A stretch of DNA of 42,893 bases from a virus. Its lineage: Duplodnaviria; Caudoviricetes. The notes beneath the pieces were generated by a model. It was not told the origin of the DNA and ran no database searches. It saw only the letters and a program-made list of their open reading frames with translations. Below are positions 35,400-42,893 of this stretch, in pieces (position 1 is the first letter of the stretch; every line of letters begins with the position of its first letter). The stretch is taken from positions 1 to 42,893 of the IMG/VR virus record IMGVR_UViG_3300037515_000246; one strand, given 5' to 3'. The position numbers were made by a program, and so were the translations under genes.

Positions 35400-36875
35400 T
35401 TATGGGGTCAGTTTCCAGCGTGCGCGCACCGCCATGACGCCCGGGGGCGTCCCCAATCCCGGCATTGGAATATTGTCGATGATTAAATGCGCGCCATGCA
35501 GGATATCAACCACAGAATCGCCCAGGTAGTCATGCCGCGCGGCCAGCGCGCGGCAGAAAACGTCATCCGTGGGGTTGATAACGACGATCTGGTAGTCTGA
35601 CAGGTCATTGCCGAGGAACGGGTGCGGAACCAACGTCATATCCGCATTCTTGAGCTCCTGTGTAGCCGGGCGGGCTAGTTCGTCGGCGATTATCTTGGCG
35701 TTTTCCGGAGCGCGCATGAAGGCATACAGATCGCTCAAGTCGTTTTCTAGTTGTGCCGCGCTGCTACGCTCCCCCTTAAGGCTCGTTGCTAGGCGAGAGC
35801 GTGCGAGGTCAACAACTCGCCCCCTTGGGTTTATCTTGGTCGGACCGTTATTCGCCCAAGGCGGGTCCGCAGCGACGTACGCCATGACAACCGCGCCCGT
35901 CGTTTTGTGAATGGCGGCGAACGTAAATAACGGCACCGGATCGCCGGCCCTGTAGGATTCGTACGGTGGCGATGATTGCACGTAACGCTGTTTAGCGTGC
36001 ACTACTTCCCCCGAAGCACTGGAATTCGTACCCAGGCTGATGCGCGTTAAATACGATGCGCCAATAGCAGTGAAGTTATGCTCATCAAATCCCGCTATTG
36101 TGCCTCTCCCCAAAGTTCCCCCAGCACCCAGAGTGATGCGTACTTGCGGATAAAATCCATATTCACCACCAGGTAAAGTTAGAAGTGCTGACGCAGCCGA
36201 TGTGGAGACCTCCCCGGTTGTGGTTTTAAGTTCTGCTTGCCCGACAGCACTATCCCCCATCATGGCTTGGGTGATAGTGTCGTTAGAAATCGTGTCTACT
36301 AAAGCCCGGCCGCTCGCCCTGATATAGTCAACAACGTGGACGGCATTGGCCGCCGTGGCAAAACCGATCAGCCGATCTCCGGCTGCGGTCGTGATGTTCG
36401 CGCCACCCGGGAGATTGTTGTTTGTGGCGTGGTGCGTTAACTGAAGCACACCGTCAAACTGGAGCATGAACAACATGCCCGCCGGGACGGTATAGGACGC
36501 TATCGTGGTGGTGCCCGTTACATCGAAATAATTACCGTCACTGTCCATCCCCAGCGGATCGGCGCTAGCGAGGTCGCCGCCTTTTGCCCAGTACGTCGAC
36601 TTCCCGGTCATGGTTACGGTGCCGGTGTGAGTGTTGTTACCAGAGAAGGCGTTGGTGCCGGAGTGAGTGTTGTTGCCGGAGAAGGTCTTGTCGCCCGCAA
36701 CGGTCTCCGTACCGGTATCATGCACCACCGCGTTGTCATCCGATTTTGACGCGATCGCCGTAGCGATAGCGGCCAGCTCGACGTCCACTTCCGAGCCCAG
36801 AATCTTTTTTGCCGCATCGCCCGTCGTGAGCGCATCTTTCACCGAGAAGTCAGTGGTCTGTGTATATTCGCTCAT
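35400..36875 (-). CDS. Tail fibre / spike protein
   Basis: YTQTTDFSVKDAL..GD..K.I.GSE...E..AIATAIASK anchor; ETVAGDKTFSG and NTHSG/NTHTG repeats. Confidence 0.75.
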   Translation of the reverse strand: MSEYTQTTDFSVKDALTTGDAAKKILGSEVDVELAAIATAIASKSDDNAVVHDTGTETVAGDKTFSGNNTHSGTNAFSGNNTHTGTVTMTGKSTYWAKGGDLASADPLGMDSDGNYFDVTGTTTIASYTVPAGMLFMLQFDGVLQLTHHATNNNLPGGANITTAAGDRLIGFATAANAVHVVDYIRASGRALVDTISNDTITQAMMGDSAVGQAELKTTTGEVSTSAASALLTLPGGEYGFYPQVRITLGAGGTLGRGTIAGFDEHNFTAIGASYLTRISLGTNSSASGEVVHAKQRYVQSSPPYESYRAGDPVPLFTFAAIHKTTGAVVMAYVAADPPWANNGPTKINPRGRVVDLARSRLATSLKGERSSAAQLENDLSDLYAFMRAPENAKIIADELARPATQELKNADMTLVPHPFLGNDLSDYQIVVINPTDDVFCRALAARHDYLGDSVVDILHGAHLIIDNIPMPGLGTPPGVMAVRARWKLTP

Positions 36876-36884
36876 GAATTCCCC

Positions 36885-39032
36885 CTAAAACGCCAAACGA
36901 CCAAGCTTGGCCGCCAATAAAACTTCCTGAAACGCAATCGCCGCCGCGTCTACCGTCACCGTCATCCCGATCCGCAGGACTTGGCCGTGCGAGTCCGGGT
37001 GGATGCGCGCGTCGCCAAAAACATCGCCGCCCGACCATTCGCCCAGTCCCCACTCAGCAATGCCCCATTCGGAAGGAGCGGCCGCGACATTCAGAGCGGC
37101 GGTGAGGGATGAAATAGATTCGGAGTAGTCGTACCCCCAAACATAAGTAATGTCGTAGTTGGTGCCGGCCAGGACGCGCAAGCGCCACGACTTGGGAAAT
37201 TTCAGGCGCGAGGCGAGTCCTATACGGCCGGAGGCGTCGGCATCCCCGAAGTCCACCCAGGTCGAGCGGTAAGCCAGGACGTAGGTACCCGCGGCACCGT
37301 CGTTATAACCAGCATACGTCGCCACAATGCCGTCGCCGCCGAAGTACAGTGTGCGGTCCGAGGCCGAGTAGGCGGAGCGCACCCCGATCCCGGTCCAGCG
37401 CGTAACCTTGGCCGAGCCATCGGGGTTCGGAAACCGGCGGTCGAAGACCCAGGTGATGTCGTCGTCCGTCAAGAAGACGGCATAGAATCCTTCGGCCTCG
37501 TGGTAGACGGCTTTGACGTTCGCCGCCGTTTCTGCCCCCACTTCACTTATGAACTCGTCACGGACGTTAACCGACAGATCACCTAGTGACTGGCGGCCCC
37601 CGGCTTCGATGGCGCGGGCCAGGGAGCGCACCCCCGACGCGCTCAGGAACAGCAGGTCATTGCCTGTATTCGCTGGAGTGTCGCGCGCGATGCAGCCGAC
37701 GCCGTCTATCTTTTCTTCGAGGACCATCGTGGACGGGTCGAAGGCGCCGGAGTACAACAGGATCGCGCGCTTACCGAAGATAACGAGGTAGTCCTCGATC
37801 GAGCTGATCGCGACAACCTGATCGCCACCCCAGACTTCTTTCAGGTCGAGAGTACCGGCCGCGCCTCCACGGAAGATGTGCGGCAGTAGTGTGTCGCTGA
37901 ATTCAACAACCGAGGCGTCGCCGTCGCTGGTAACCCAGATGCGGCCAAACGCCGAGTGGCACGCGTTGCCGTTCGGCATCTTGCGGGTAGTCCAGACGAC
38001 GGTGTTGTCCGCCGTGGTGTCGCCTACAGTGAGGTCCCATGTTGGCTCGGTGGTCGCGTGTGACGTGCCCGTCGTCGTGCAGTGGAAATACAGCGTCTCA
38101 TTACCCGAACCGGCGCGAACAACATCGCCAACAGCATAAACAGTGTTAGCAACCCAAGCAGTAATGCTCTGCTGAAGCAGACTAAAATTTCCTGTAGTAC
38201 GGACGATAGGATCATGGCCCGCTTGAAACCCCACGCACTTGTTGGCGATGTTCTGAAACTGCCAGTGGTCGGCGGTGATGCCGGTCACGTCATCCGCCGT
38301 CGCCGTGATGTCAGTCAGGGCCGTGGTGCCGGAATACAGTTTGTTATTGGCGGCCAAGATAATAGCCTCGGTGCCATCTGAAGTGACCTGCTCGAAGATG
38401 GCGCGCATCGCGCCCGCTACGGCCGTTGGGATGGCGACGGTTTTGGCGTAGGGACCAACGGACGAGGCTCGTTCAAGTTGCGCGCCCCAAACCTCAAACA
38501 CACCATCGCCGCCGAAATTTATATCTACAAAAATTGTAGCCCCAAACCCGCCATCAACGCTGGTCTGCGTTATTCTCTGAAACGAGGACGTTAAAGCCAC
38601 AAAGTCAGAGTCGCCGTCACTTATGTCAAGATTTACGCTTGTCGGCGTCCCTGATATCTGTCTCGCCCATACAGAAAACGTATAGGTGTCCCCGTCATGG
38701 AGAAAATTCGTTTGTTGTCTAAGATGATACGAAGCCCCCGTTACAGTAATTTCATCCGCTGTTAATGTGCCGTCCGGCGCAGTTCCAGTGTTTGCAACAA
38801 CTGTGGCGTTATTTTTCTCCCAAGTTGCGTGGTCAAATTCCTCGCTGCGCGTCAACAGGTTCATCCCGCCAGCGGCGGGGTCGCGCCCCTTGCGCGCCGC
38901 CAAGCGCCCCTTGGCGTCAATGACGCAGTTGGTCGCCTGGGACGCCCATTGCAGGCCGGGGGCGGTGTTGAGCTGGGTATTGAGGCCGTAGAACCCCGGG
39001 GCCGCCAGCCTCAGCGGATAGAGGCCGCTCAT
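36885..39032 (-). CDS. Tail hub / DNA stabilisation protein (P22 gp10-like) with inserted modules
   Basis: APGFYGLNTQ, NCVID..GRL.ARKG, GVGCIARD, DLLFLS.SGVRSL; synteny after the adaptor. Confidence 0.8.
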   Translation of the reverse strand: MSGLYPLRLAAPGFYGLNTQLNTAPGLQWASQATNCVIDAKGRLAARKGRDPAAGGMNLLTRSEEFDHATWEKNNATVVANTGTAPDGTLTADEITVTGASYHLRQQTNFLHDGDTYTFSVWARQISGTPTSVNLDISDGDSDFVALTSSFQRITQTSVDGGFGATIFVDINFGGDGVFEVWGAQLERASSVGPYAKTVAIPTAVAGAMRAIFEQVTSDGTEAIILAANNKLYSGTTALTDITATADDVTGITADHWQFQNIANKCVGFQAGHDPIVRTTGNFSLLQQSITAWVANTVYAVGDVVRAGSGNETLYFHCTTTGTSHATTEPTWDLTVGDTTADNTVVWTTRKMPNGNACHSAFGRIWVTSDGDASVVEFSDTLLPHIFRGGAAGTLDLKEVWGGDQVVAISSIEDYLVIFGKRAILLYSGAFDPSTMVLEEKIDGVGCIARDTPANTGNDLLFLSASGVRSLARAIEAGGRQSLGDLSVNVRDEFISEVGAETAANVKAVYHEAEGFYAVFLTDDDITWVFDRRFPNPDGSAKVTRWTGIGVRSAYSASDRTLYFGGDGIVATYAGYNDGAAGTYVLAYRSTWVDFGDADASGRIGLASRLKFPKSWRLRVLAGTNYDITYVWGYDYSESISSLTAALNVAAAPSEWGIAEWGLGEWSGGDVFGDARIHPDSHGQVLRIGMTVTVDAAAIAFQEVLLAAKLGRLAF

Positions 39033-39691
39033 ACCAGGGCCGCAAAACCTTCGTCTGGGCTGAACTCCTGGTCGCGCATCGTGGCTTGGTGCAGCGCGTA
39101 ATCGGCAGCACGCTGCGCCTCGGCAAAGCTGGTTCCGCCATCTTCCCCGCGTTCACGCAGGGCCAAGGTATAGGCACGCTCCAGCACTGGGGCCGCCGGC
39201 ACCGTCAGGACGGTCGCGTCCGCCGCGAGGTCGGCCTGCGGGACCACCATCGGCACCTTCATGGAGTAGGTGCCCGTCGGGGTCGGGTACAACGTCATTT
39301 GGAGCAACCCAGCAGCCGAAACGCCGCGGATGCGATAGTAGACCGGGGGTCCGCTCTGCACGGACCCGATGTAAGCCTGCTGGTCGATAAACCAGTCCGG
39401 GGCCGGGGTCAGGATGCGGTCGTTGGTGTCGTCGTAGATTTCGCGAGTCGGGGTCCAAAACCGACTGCGCTCGGTGGAGCCCGTCACATCGTAGCTGGAC
39501 GTGCCGTTCGCCGTACTGAACGACAGCACCGAGCGCAGCGCGTGCCAGTCCCAGGCGTCCTCGATCTCGCGCTTGGCTTGGTTGATGAGCGCGCCAAGCA
39601 GGGTCGAGTAAATCGTGGACGTGACAGAAGCCGACTGTGACTCGCGCAGCCGCTTCTGGAGGTCATTCGTGATAGTCAGCCAAGTTGCCAT
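39029..39691 (-). CDS. Head-tail adaptor / tail tubular protein
   Basis: L..RLRE, INQAKREIEDAWDWHAL, LYPTP, ALRERGEDGG. Confidence 0.8.
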   Translation of the reverse strand: MATWLTITNDLQKRLRESQSASVTSTIYSTLLGALINQAKREIEDAWDWHALRSVLSFSTANGTSSYDVTGSTERSRFWTPTREIYDDTNDRILTPAPDWFIDQQAYIGSVQSGPPVYYRIRGVSAAGLLQMTLYPTPTGTYSMKVPMVVPQADLAADATVLTVPAAPVLERAYTLALRERGEDGGTSFAEAQRAADYALHQATMRDQEFSPDEGFAALV

Positions 39692-39694
39692 GAA

Positions 39695-40066
39695 TTACTC
39701 GTCGAGCGGAATTTTGAAGGGCGCGAGCGTGACCGTATCCCCGGAAAGGCCGAGGTAGCGGAGCCCGCTGGGGAACAATTGACGTACCTGCTTGACGCCC
39801 CGAATTTCCTTGAAGTGCGGATAGCGGTTGTCCCAGTCCGCGATCAGCGCCGGGACGAGGCGACCGAGTTCCCGACAGGCGAAGACACGGCTGTTGCCCG
39901 ACTGAACCGTCTGACGGCCATCGCGCGCCCACACCAGGATGGGATTCTTGACACCGTGGCGGATAATGTGGCCGGCGATCTGGGCGAGGTATTCGGTGGT
40001 GTGGCACCCTTCCCGGGTTGCCTCGACGGTATTCGGGTCAATCTCGCCGTACCGCAGGGTCGGCAT
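39695..40066 (-). CDS. ParB/sulfiredoxin-like domain protein (paralog 2)
   Basis: HIIRHGVKNPILV...SGNSRV..C.ELG..VPALI; ATG 40066 coupled (TGATG). Confidence 0.7.
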   Translation of the reverse strand: MPTLRYGEIDPNTVEATREGCHTTEYLAQIAGHIIRHGVKNPILVWARDGRQTVQSGNSRVFACRELGRLVPALIADWDNRYPHFKEIRGVKQVRQLFPSGLRYLGLSGDTVTLAPFKIPLDE

Positions 40067-40629
40067 CAGTGCGCGGTCCAGTACACCGACGTACCCGGGG
40101 TTTCCTTGATGACTTCCAGCTTGGCCCAGTGCTTCTTCAGTTCGGTGCGCCACCAGGGGCCAAGCTGAACCGTCATGTGCAGCCTTTCCTTGATCTGCTG
40201 CCCCCACCCATCGTTGACATGGCAGATCGACCAAAGGCAGCCGTGCTTGATGGATCGCGCCAGATTGGCGATGAACTCCGCCACGTGGGGCGTCGGAATA
40301 TGCTCGGCAACGTCGGTGCAGATGCCGTATTCCGCCGCCGGTAGCGGATCCGCCCACAGGTTCGCGACCGCGATCGGCAGGACTCGCCCGTCCTTGCGCC
40401 ATTGCTTGTCAAGCACGTCCACGTGGTCGATCGGCTGGACTGTGAATCCGGCGTCTAGGTACGGGGGAAACGACGCGCCACGGCCACAACCGAAGTCGCC
40501 GAGAACACCCCGCCCGGTGGCGCGCTGGATCAGGTGCGGCGCAATCGGCGCCCCGTGGCCGCGGCTGCCATAGGACGGGAATTGGTAAATCTTTTTGTAC
40601 TTCTCGCGCTCGGTTTCGACGAAGCTCAC
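40066..40629 (-). CDS. Class I SAM-dependent methyltransferase
   Basis: LGDFGCGRG, PIDHV, YGICTDVAEHIP, LHMTV...WW. Confidence 0.85.
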   Translation of the reverse strand: MSFVETEREKYKKIYQFPSYGSRGHGAPIAPHLIQRATGRGVLGDFGCGRGASFPPYLDAGFTVQPIDHVDVLDKQWRKDGRVLPIAVANLWADPLPAAEYGICTDVAEHIPTPHVAEFIANLARSIKHGCLWSICHVNDGWGQQIKERLHMTVQLGPWWRTELKKHWAKLEVIKETPGTSVYWTAH

Positions 40630-41168
40630 AGGCTGAATTTTTCCTTGATGTCCGCATAATAAAATTGCCCGTCGATCATGCGGCGCTTGAGGTGGCTGGC
40701 GTTTTGCTTACGCTGTAACTCTTTCCAAAACGCCTCGTGCTCTGGCGATAGGTGCGCCTGCGCGCAGCCCCAGAACTGGCAACCTTGGACGGGGTGAAAT
40801 TCAAGGACCGTCGGCTTGTCAGTAAACTTTGAAAGTGCCTGGTCCAATGTAAGAATCAACTCGAAATGTTTGAAAGCCCCGGTCCAGTCGCTGACCAGCG
40901 CCGGCACCGGAATCTTCAGCTTCCAGGCCATCCAGACACGCGAGCCGCCGTAGGGAAACGTGCGCTCCCCGGGCTTCTCGTAGCACATGACAGGATTGCG
41001 AAACCCTTCCTTGAGGACAGACGCCTCAAGGCGGGTATAAAATTGGTACTGCTTTTCGTTCCGTTTGTGGACCCAGTCCGCCATCGTGAACGAATCAGGT
41101 ATGTCCCCGGGCGTCAGGAGCCCATAGCGAATTTCATAAGGCCCTGAGCCCGGGTCATACTTCGACAT
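40626..41168 (-). CDS. ParB/sulfiredoxin-like domain protein (paralog 1)
   Basis: LEASVLKEGFRNPVM...YGGSRV.MA.KL.IPVPALV. Confidence 0.7.
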   Translation of the reverse strand: MSKYDPGSGPYEIRYGLLTPGDIPDSFTMADWVHKRNEKQYQFYTRLEASVLKEGFRNPVMCYEKPGERTFPYGGSRVWMAWKLKIPVPALVSDWTGAFKHFELILTLDQALSKFTDKPTVLEFHPVQGCQFWGCAQAHLSPEHEAFWKELQRKQNASHLKRRMIDGQFYYADIKEKFSL

Positions 41169-41172
41169 TTAC

Positions 41173-41496
41173 TTAGCTGGCTGCTTCCATCGCATTCGCC
41201 GAGGGGCGAAGGACAAGGATGCGCCAGGTGGTGGACGCGAGATTGCGCGCGCCAGCGGCCTCGTTCTGCACCCGAATCTCGACGGTATTCGCCGCCTGGA
41301 CATACGCCGTCCAGAGCAGGTCGATCGCGTCGATAATCGGAGTGGCAATAACGAAGTCGCCGAGCGCGGCACCGGTAACCGTAACAACTTTGGTCTCGCC
41401 CGCGGCATCCGCAAGCGAGGCCACGTCGACGGTCGCCGTCACGCACGCCACCACGTCAAACAGATCGTGGAATTGGCGACGGTTCAAATTACTCAT
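41173..41496 (-). CDS. Capsid decoration/cement protein
   Basis: DVASLADAAGET..VTVTGAALGDFV...AYVQAANTV.IRVQN; directly after the capsid gene. Confidence 0.7.
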   Translation of the reverse strand: MSNLNRRQFHDLFDVVACVTATVDVASLADAAGETKVVTVTGAALGDFVIATPIIDAIDLLWTAYVQAANTVEIRVQNEAAGARNLASTTWRILVLRPSANAMEAAS

Positions 41497-41560
41497 AGGA
41501 TTTTCCTCTTCGTGGTGATGGCCCCGGAGACTTACGCCCCCGGGGTTACATCAGGTTGCC

Positions 41561-42472
41561 TTAAGCGGGAACGATTACGGCATAGCCCCCGTTGTCACGA
41601 AGCTCCGCCACGCCGTAGATCATGTCGGCGGTGAAGAGGTCGGCCAGGTACTCCTGCTTGTACTGGGTCTGCGTGCGCACGCCCATCTGCTCGGCCAGGG
41701 CCAGCGCGCTCTTGTGGAAAAAGAGGCAAGCGCGATACGCCGTGGTCGTGGAGGTGTTGGTGGTGTTGCCGCAGTTGGTCGAGACATACACGGGGGTACC
41801 GTAGATGTCGCCGATCTTGCCGGACCGGATGCTGTTGCCGCCGGAGGCTTCACCGGTGAACGCCTGCTCGGTGAAGCGGGGGATGCCCAGCAGCACTTCC
41901 TTCTGGCAAGGCGGAACCACGATGGTACGATCCGACATCGGCATGTTGTCGTCATCCATGTTGCGCAGGATGCGACGGATACCAGCGTCCGTCAGATTGG
42001 CGCCGTTACCCGCGCCGGAGGCCGACCAGGCGGTCGAACCGTCGGAGCCGATCACGGAACCCGTGCCGTAGGTCAGGGTGTTGGCGTCCGGGGTGCCGGG
42101 GGAGGCGTCGAGCGTGCCGCCCTGGAAAGCCGTGCCAATCACATGCAGGTTGAAGTCCACCTGGCGGGCCAGCGAGTAGCCGGCGTCGTCGGTGTACGAC
42201 TGGCGCAGACTGTCCATCGCCTGGATCGCCACGATGTCCTCCAGCAGCTTCGAATACTCGAAGTGCTTGTCGAGGCTGATGTTGGTGATGCCGTGTGTCG
42301 GCGCGCTCAGGGTTACCTGCGAACCGGCAGCCTTAGCGACGGCCAGCGAGCGGGTGAAGTTGGGGACGTGAATGGTGTCACCCTTCTTCTTGTTGTGGTT
42401 GAACAGCGTTACACGCGAGCGCATGGCGTTGTTCGCCTTATACGCCGCGATGACTTCCATCGACCACAGCTC
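41561..42472 (-). CDS. Major capsid protein, 3' exon
   Basis: ELWS.EV, KGDTIHVP, DDAGYSLARQVD, IG.IYG.PVYVS, QTQYKQEYLADLFTAD.IYGV.ELR. No genuine start; the 5' exon lies outside the window. Confidence 0.9.
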   Translation of the reverse strand, partial: ELWSMEVIAAYKANNAMRSRVTLFNHNKKKGDTIHVPNFTRSLAVAKAAGSQVTLSAPTHGITNISLDKHFEYSKLLEDIVAIQAMDSLRQSYTDDAGYSLARQVDFNLHVIGTAFQGGTLDASPGTPDANTLTYGTGSVIGSDGSTAWSASGAGNGANLTDAGIRRILRNMDDDNMPMSDRTIVVPPCQKEVLLGIPRFTEQAFTGEASGGNSIRSGKIGDIYGTPVYVSTNCGNTTNTSTTTAYRACLFFHKSALALAEQMGVRTQTQYKQEYLADLFTADMIYGVAELRDNGGYAVIVPA

Positions 42473-42893
42473 CCGGGGCCGTTTCAAGCCCCCGGACTAT
42501 CGCATCACAAAAGCGCGGTAATACGCTCTTGTGCCCTCTCGCTTAGTCTCTGCGGGTCACGCTTCATTAGCTTCAACTCTTCTCGGAGAGCGTCCCGCGC
42601 CTCTGCGCCGACGTGCTTCCCTTTGATGTTTGTCTCCATCCAGAGACAAAATCGAGCTTGTTCCTTCTTCAGGATCAGATGATTGACGACGTTGCGGAGT
42701 ACGGGACAGGCCTGCCTGTACCCCGAGCACTCCCACGAACTAGACGAAGACCAAACAGGATTCTCAGGTGTCTTGCGGTGCACTAAGTGCCCGCCGTAGT
42801 TCGCTTGGCACGCCCCCAACAAACCAAGAGCAACATCTGCCATCGCGATCCTGAGCCTTGGCCGGACGGAGGTCCATCTTCCGCCGCCCAAGG
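42473..42893 (-). mobile_element. Group I intron (3' part) interrupting the capsid gene
   Basis: Minus strand: R element CAGAGACTA (42552-42544), P8 hairpin, S element GATGCGATAGTCC (42506-42494), P9 GGGGC-TTGAAACG-GCCCC, terminal G before GAG CTG TGG. Confidence 0.85.
42505..42891 (-). CDS. Intron-encoded LAGLIDADG-like homing endonuclease (5'-truncated by window)
   Basis: RPRLRIAM...NYGG...W...L..V.NHLILKKEQA resembles the LAGLIDADG C-part; the namesake helix is not in the window. Confidence 0.7.
   Translation of the reverse strand: MGGGRWTSVRPRLRIAMADVALGLLGACQANYGGHLVHRKTPENPVWSSSSSWECSGYRQACPVLRNVVNHLILKKEQARFCLWMETNIKGKHVGAEARDALREELKLMKRDPQRLSERAQERITALL

Noticed and set aside
35400-36875. 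Diversity-generating retroelement target
   Set aside because: No reverse transcriptase and no TR/VR repeat pair noticed.
39695-41168. Plasmid-prophage partition system
   Set aside because: No ParA and no HTH in the ParB-like proteins; the phage has int and attP.
41522-41545. Terminator after capsid gene
   Set aside because: A GC hairpin exists but there is no U-tract on the coding strand; at most a stabilising or processing stem.
42473-42487. ORF-track TTG start of the capsid gene (MKRPR)
   Set aside because: Falls in the intron P9 hairpin and has no RBS.
41714-42682. Long antisense ORFs (also 3172-3927, 6452-7285, 16945-17808, 20164-21273, 32235-33020)
   Set aside because: Shadow frames of GC-rich genes; no motifs or RBS.

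Overview
Near-complete genome of a GC-rich temperate podovirus-like tailed phage in the excised (attP-intact) state. The host is probably a Gram-negative proteobacterium (inference). The minus strand carries the virion, packaging and lysis arm, which wraps around the window ends: capsid, ParB/MTase cassette, adaptor, tail hub, fibre and ejection proteins at 30.6-42.9 kb, then holin, TerS, TerL, amidase, portal and scaffold at 9.5-0 kb. The plus strand carries early, regulatory, replication and integration genes (10.1-30.6 kb), with attP matching the 3' half of tRNA-Lys(CUU). Highlights: (1) a group I intron with a homing-endonuclease-like ORF in the capsid gene; (2) a ParB/Srx - SAM methyltransferase - ParB/Srx paralog cassette inside the head operon; (3) a PagL-like lipid A deacylase; (4) a minimal protein-kinase-fold gene and a minimal DPPY methylase, each bracketed by 14-15 bp direct repeats; (5) a C5 methylase with motif IX in an overlapping frame; (6) a GTAC-core iteron-like array beside a stand-alone winged-helix gene. 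All calls come from manual motif recognition; no database searches were run.
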